DNA of 64,000 nucleotides from Alphaproteobacteria bacterium (GTDB lineage Bacteria; Pseudomonadota; Alphaproteobacteria; JBFXJJ01): NCBI GenBank assembly GCA_050175015.1, contig JBFXJJ010000001.1, positions 248,336 to 312,335 of the forward strand, read 5' to 3'. Shown piece by piece: positions 60,598 to 64,000 of this stretch (position 1 is its first letter; each line of letters starts with the position of its first letter). The notes under the pieces were generated by a model. It saw only the letters and a program-made list of their open reading frames with translations, ran no database searches and was not told where the DNA came from. The position numbers and the translations under genes were made by a program.

Positions 60598-61101
60598 TTA
60601 GGCTTCTCCGACAGTTTCCAGCATAACAGCATTAATAGCATCAGTTGCCGTTTTGCCGCCCCATACTACATATTGGAAAGCAGGATAAAATTTTTCGCAT
60701 TCGTGAACTGCAATTTCGATTAAATTTGCGAGAAAGTCCCAAGTGATTTTTTCTTGGCGGTCGAGAAGAACCGAATGTCTAAAGATAGGAACGCTTTCCT
60801 CTGTCCATAATGAAAAATGACCAAGCCAAAGCTTTTCGTTGGCTTTAGCAAGAAGCTCAAAAACTTGGGTTTTATTCGTTTTAGCAAGTTTTAAATCCAG
60901 AGCGCAGGAAAGATGAAGGGCTGAAATTTCAGGAGACCAAGCAAGCAGCAGACCGAGGTCGCACCATTTTCCAGGAATTTCGGCAACCATTTCGTCATCG
61001 CCCCTTCTTTCAAAATCCCAATCCTGAGCAAGCACAATGTCCTCAGCGACATCAATCGGATTGGGTTGAATGGGAAATGAAGCTAAATTAGCTTGCCGCA
61101 T
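60598..61101 (-). CDS. YbjN-domain protein
   Basis: NPIDVAE, NEKLWLGHF, FYPAFQYVVWGG; start reassigned to ATG 61101 (AGGAG upstream); usual neighbour of proC. Confidence 0.88.
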   Translation of the reverse strand: MRQANLASFPIQPNPIDVAEDIVLAQDWDFERRGDDEMVAEIPGKWCDLGLLLAWSPEISALHLSCALDLKLAKTNKTQVFELLAKANEKLWLGHFSLWTEESVPIFRHSVLLDRQEKITWDFLANLIEIAVHECEKFYPAFQYVVWGGKTATDAINAVMLETVGEA

Positions 61102-61365
61102 TAACGGACAACTCCTAAAAAAACAGTTAAATCGATAGGATATGCCAGCCTTTTGACCAACATATAGTATGTTATCTAAAACTGATAACAAAAAGTAGAT
61201 TGCCAGAGGCGAGTCGTCGTTGCAAGACTTTAACGCAAAAAAAAGTTGTTTTTTTGTGGATAAGTGAAACAAATATATAATAAACTGCAAAGAGCAATTT
61301 TTTTGACATAAAATAAGCGCAAATAGTGATTAGTAAAAACAAGACGTTATGGGGTAAAAAAACAA

Positions 61366-62352
61366 ATGTATGTAGTTACGGGTGGAGCAGGTTTTATTGG
61401 TTCTAATATAGTTGCCGCTCTGGAAGAGCGAGGTCATAGCGATGTCGTTGTGGTTGATAAGCTGCGCAACGAGAATAAGTGGCGCAATATTGGTAAAAGA
61501 GAACTGAGAGATATTGTTAGTCCTGAAAATATTTTTGATTATCTAAATCATAATCAAATCTCGATTGACGGCATAATTCATATGGGCGCTATTTCTTCGA
61601 CTATGGAAAAAGACGCCGATTTAATATTTAAAACCAATTTTTCACTGTCGCTTTCTTTATGGAAATGGTGTGCTATTAATCAGGTGCCTTTTATATATGC
61701 CTCATCTGCGGCAACCTACGGCGATGGCTCTATGGGATTTGAAGATGATGAAAGTATAGAATATTTATCAAGATTGAATCCGCTTAATGCGTACGGCTGG
61801 AGCAAAAATCTTTTTGACCGCAGAATAACTCGTAACATAGCAAACCGCAAAAGAGTTCCGCCGCAATGGGTTGGACTAAAATTTTTCAATGTCTATGGTC
61901 CGAATGAGTATCATAAGGGAGTTCAAAAAAGCGTTGTTTCTCACGTTTTTGATGTTGCTAAAGATGAAAAAACCTTTTCGTTGTTCCGCTCGCATAATCC
62001 AGATTATAAAGATGGTGAACAGATGCGAGATTTCGTCTGGGTTGGCGATTGTGTAAACGTTATTTTATGGTTCTTAGAAAATCGTAAAGTCAGCGGCATT
62101 TTTAATATTGGCAGCGGTGAAGCTAGAAGTTTTCTTGATTTGGCGAGCCAAGTTTATAAAAGTTTGGGACAAGAAGCTAAAATCGGTTTCGTAGATACTC
62201 CAGAAAGTATCCGAGATAAATATCAGTATTACACCAAGGCTAACATCTCTAAGCTGCGCAAAGCTGGGTATGATAAGCCTATGACATCACTGGAAGATGG
62301 CGTTACAGAATATGTAACTAAGTATCTTAATGCTTCTGATCAATACCGCTAA
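61366..62352 (+). CDS. rfaD: ADP-L-glycero-D-manno-heptose 6-epimerase
   Basis: TGGAGFIGS, HMGAISST, YASSAATYG, YGWSK, FNVYGPNEYHKG. Confidence 0.96.
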   Translation: MYVVTGGAGFIGSNIVAALEERGHSDVVVVDKLRNENKWRNIGKRELRDIVSPENIFDYLNHNQISIDGIIHMGAISSTMEKDADLIFKTNFSLSLSLWKWCAINQVPFIYASSAATYGDGSMGFEDDESIEYLSRLNPLNAYGWSKNLFDRRITRNIANRKRVPPQWVGLKFFNVYGPNEYHKGVQKSVVSHVFDVAKDEKTFSLFRSHNPDYKDGEQMRDFVWVGDCVNVILWFLENRKVSGIFNIGSGEARSFLDLASQVYKSLGQEAKIGFVDTPESIRDKYQYYTKANISKLRKAGYDKPMTSLEDGVTEYVTKYLNASDQYR

Positions 62353-62370
62353 ATTTAAGGGCTTTTTTAA

Positions 62371-63180
62371 ATGTATTCAGGAATTCCGTTTCCAGATATT
62401 GATCCCATCGTTTTTTCCATAGGTTTTTTCTCACTGCGTTGGTATTCTCTTGCTTATCTGGCAGGCTTTTTTGGCGGCTGGGTTATGGCTCGCAAAATCA
62501 TTAAAAGAGACGGTTTTAATATTAAAGCTGCCGATTTTGATGATTTTATAACCTTTTGCGCTTTAGGAGTTATTTTGGGCGGCAGGATAGGATATATCCT
62601 GTTCTATAATTTGGATTATTTTATTCATAATCCGTTAGAAGTTTTTAAGTTGTGGCACGGTGGAATGTCTTTCCACGGTGGTTTTTTAGGATTTATTGTT
62701 GCAACCTTCTGGTTTTCGAAGTCGCATAAAATTCCTTTCTTTGTTTTAACGGATATTTGCGCTTGCGTAGCTCCGCTTGGGCTTTATTTCGGCAGGCTGG
62801 CTAATTTTGTTAATGGCGAGCTGTTTGGCAGGGTTACTTATAATGTTCCTTGGGCAATTATTTTCCCCTACGGCGGCAATGAACCTAGGCACCCTAGTCA
62901 AATTTATGAAGCGCTGCTTGAGGGTATGCTTATGCTTATCGTTTTAAATATTGTTTATTTATCGCCTAAAGTCAGGGATAGAGCAGGCGTTCTTTCGGGT
63001 TTATTTTTGATAGGTTATGGTTCAATCAGGATCTTTTTAGAACAATTTAGAGAGCCAGATGTTCAGTTGGGCTTTTTGTTTGATGTCATAACTATGGGGC
63101 AGCTTTTATCAATTCCGATGCTTATTGTGGGAATGATTTTGCTTTTTGTTTGTGGTTGCTGTCAGAAAGATAAAATATGA
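62371..63180 (+). CDS. lgt: Prolipoprotein diacylglyceryl transferase
   Basis: RWYSLAY, GGMSFHGG, NFVNGEL, HPSQIYE. Confidence 0.97.
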   Translation: MYSGIPFPDIDPIVFSIGFFSLRWYSLAYLAGFFGGWVMARKIIKRDGFNIKAADFDDFITFCALGVILGGRIGYILFYNLDYFIHNPLEVFKLWHGGMSFHGGFLGFIVATFWFSKSHKIPFFVLTDICACVAPLGLYFGRLANFVNGELFGRVTYNVPWAIIFPYGGNEPRHPSQIYEALLEGMLMLIVLNIVYLSPKVRDRAGVLSGLFLIGYGSIRIFLEQFREPDVQLGFLFDVITMGQLLSIPMLIVGMILLFVCGCCQKDKI

Positions 63181-63199
63181 TGTTTTCGAAGAGGTTAAA

Positions 63200-63961
63200 A
63201 TGATACCACCATTAGTATCACCACAGCTAAACGATTGCTTGGCAATAAAACACGGGTTTTTTTCTCGTTGTGGCGGTGTTTCTAAAGGATTTTATGCCTC
63301 ACTTAATTTGAGGTCATCATCAAAAGATGATTATACGAATATTCAAGAAAATCGTAAGAGAGTAGCATCTTTTTTAGACCTTAATCCTGAAAATTTAATT
63401 TTTTTAAATCAACAGCACTATAATCAGGTCAATATCGTTGAGAATATTAATACGCCTCGTTTTGATGGCGATGGTTTGGTAACTAAAATCTCAGAAATCG
63501 GACTTTGTATTATAACCGCAGATTGTGTTCCTGTTCTTTTAGCCGATAATGAAAATAAGATTATCGGAGCCTGCCATTCTGGTTGGAAGGGCGCCTTTTC
63601 TGGAATTATTGAGAATACGGTGCAAAAAATGATAGATATTGGAGCTTCTTTACCCAATATTGTCGCAGGGATAGGCGCATCAATCGATGTTGCATCTTAT
63701 GAGGTTGGTGAAGATTTTTATCAAAAATTTTTACAACAAGATGCTTCGGCAAAGGATTTTTTCAAAGATATAAAAGGACAGAAACATTTTAATCTTAAAG
63801 AATATGTTGCCGCAAAACTTAAAAACTGCGGCATAAAAAAAGTGGACATTTTGCTTAATGATACCTTTCTTGAAGAAGAGACGTTTTTTAGTTATCGCAG
63901 GTCAACAAAACGTGCCGAAGCCGATTATGGCTGTCAAGTTTCGGTTATAGTTATTAAATAG
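63200..63961 (+). CDS. pgeF: Peptidoglycan editing factor / YfiH family
   Basis: HGFFSRCGG, TADCVP, HSGWKG, FFSYRR; ATG 63200 after GAGG preferred. Confidence 0.93.
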   Translation: MIPPLVSPQLNDCLAIKHGFFSRCGGVSKGFYASLNLRSSSKDDYTNIQENRKRVASFLDLNPENLIFLNQQHYNQVNIVENINTPRFDGDGLVTKISEIGLCIITADCVPVLLADNENKIIGACHSGWKGAFSGIIENTVQKMIDIGASLPNIVAGIGASIDVASYEVGEDFYQKFLQQDASAKDFFKDIKGQKHFNLKEYVAAKLKNCGIKKVDILLNDTFLEEETFFSYRRSTKRAEADYGCQVSVIVIK

Positions 63962-64000
63962 TTTTTTTAAATGGAGTTTTTAATTGATTAAATATGTTTT

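Noticed and set aside
61102-61290. 63-aa N-terminal extension of the YbjN protein in the ORF track
   Set aside because: The AGGAG RBS precedes ATG 61101 and the extension spans the divergent promoter region.
61366-62352. RfaD (and SurA) ending in Arg as further tagged proteins
   Set aside because: They end DQYR and IEIR as normal family termini, with no Lys-rich extension or [ST]R.
174-63657. Many short ORFs of 60-140 aa in the track that overlap larger genes on the opposite strand or another frame
   Set aside because: They lie inside well-supported genes and show no RBS or motifs; shadow ORFs.

Overview
AT-rich chromosomal segment of an alphaproteobacterium. The gene order is Rhodospirillales-like: hprK-rapZ-manX-ptsH-ptsI-ahcY, aroKB/xerD, lptF-lptD-surA-rsmA, gpsA-tsaD/mic60-hemY, proC-ybjN, rfaD-lgt-pgeF. 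Several normally embedded genes are missing from their usual slots (lptG, pdxA, hemC/hemD, midA), suggesting genome reduction or rearrangement. Most notable: (1) four unrelated, signal-peptide-less proteins scattered over the window (an orphan, an HExxH metalloprotease-like protein, an Xaa-Pro aminopeptidase with an added tail, and an ankyrin protein) share a Lys-rich C-terminal tail ending in [QKR]-[ST]-R, a candidate secretion tag; (2) a stand-alone protein of three to four tandem VirB8-like domains; (3) a GC-rich structured RNA resembling phage C4-type antisense RNA, with its own upstream target, in front of a chemoreceptor gene; (4) a triple alphaproteobacterial LexA box over the promoter of an exported SNase nuclease; (5) a solitary intact tyrosine integrase with attP-like repeats; (6) a frameshifted chemoreceptor and an N-terminally shortened large glutamate dehydrogenase. 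No rRNA, tRNA or CRISPR array was seen. All calls come from reading the sequence; no searches were run.
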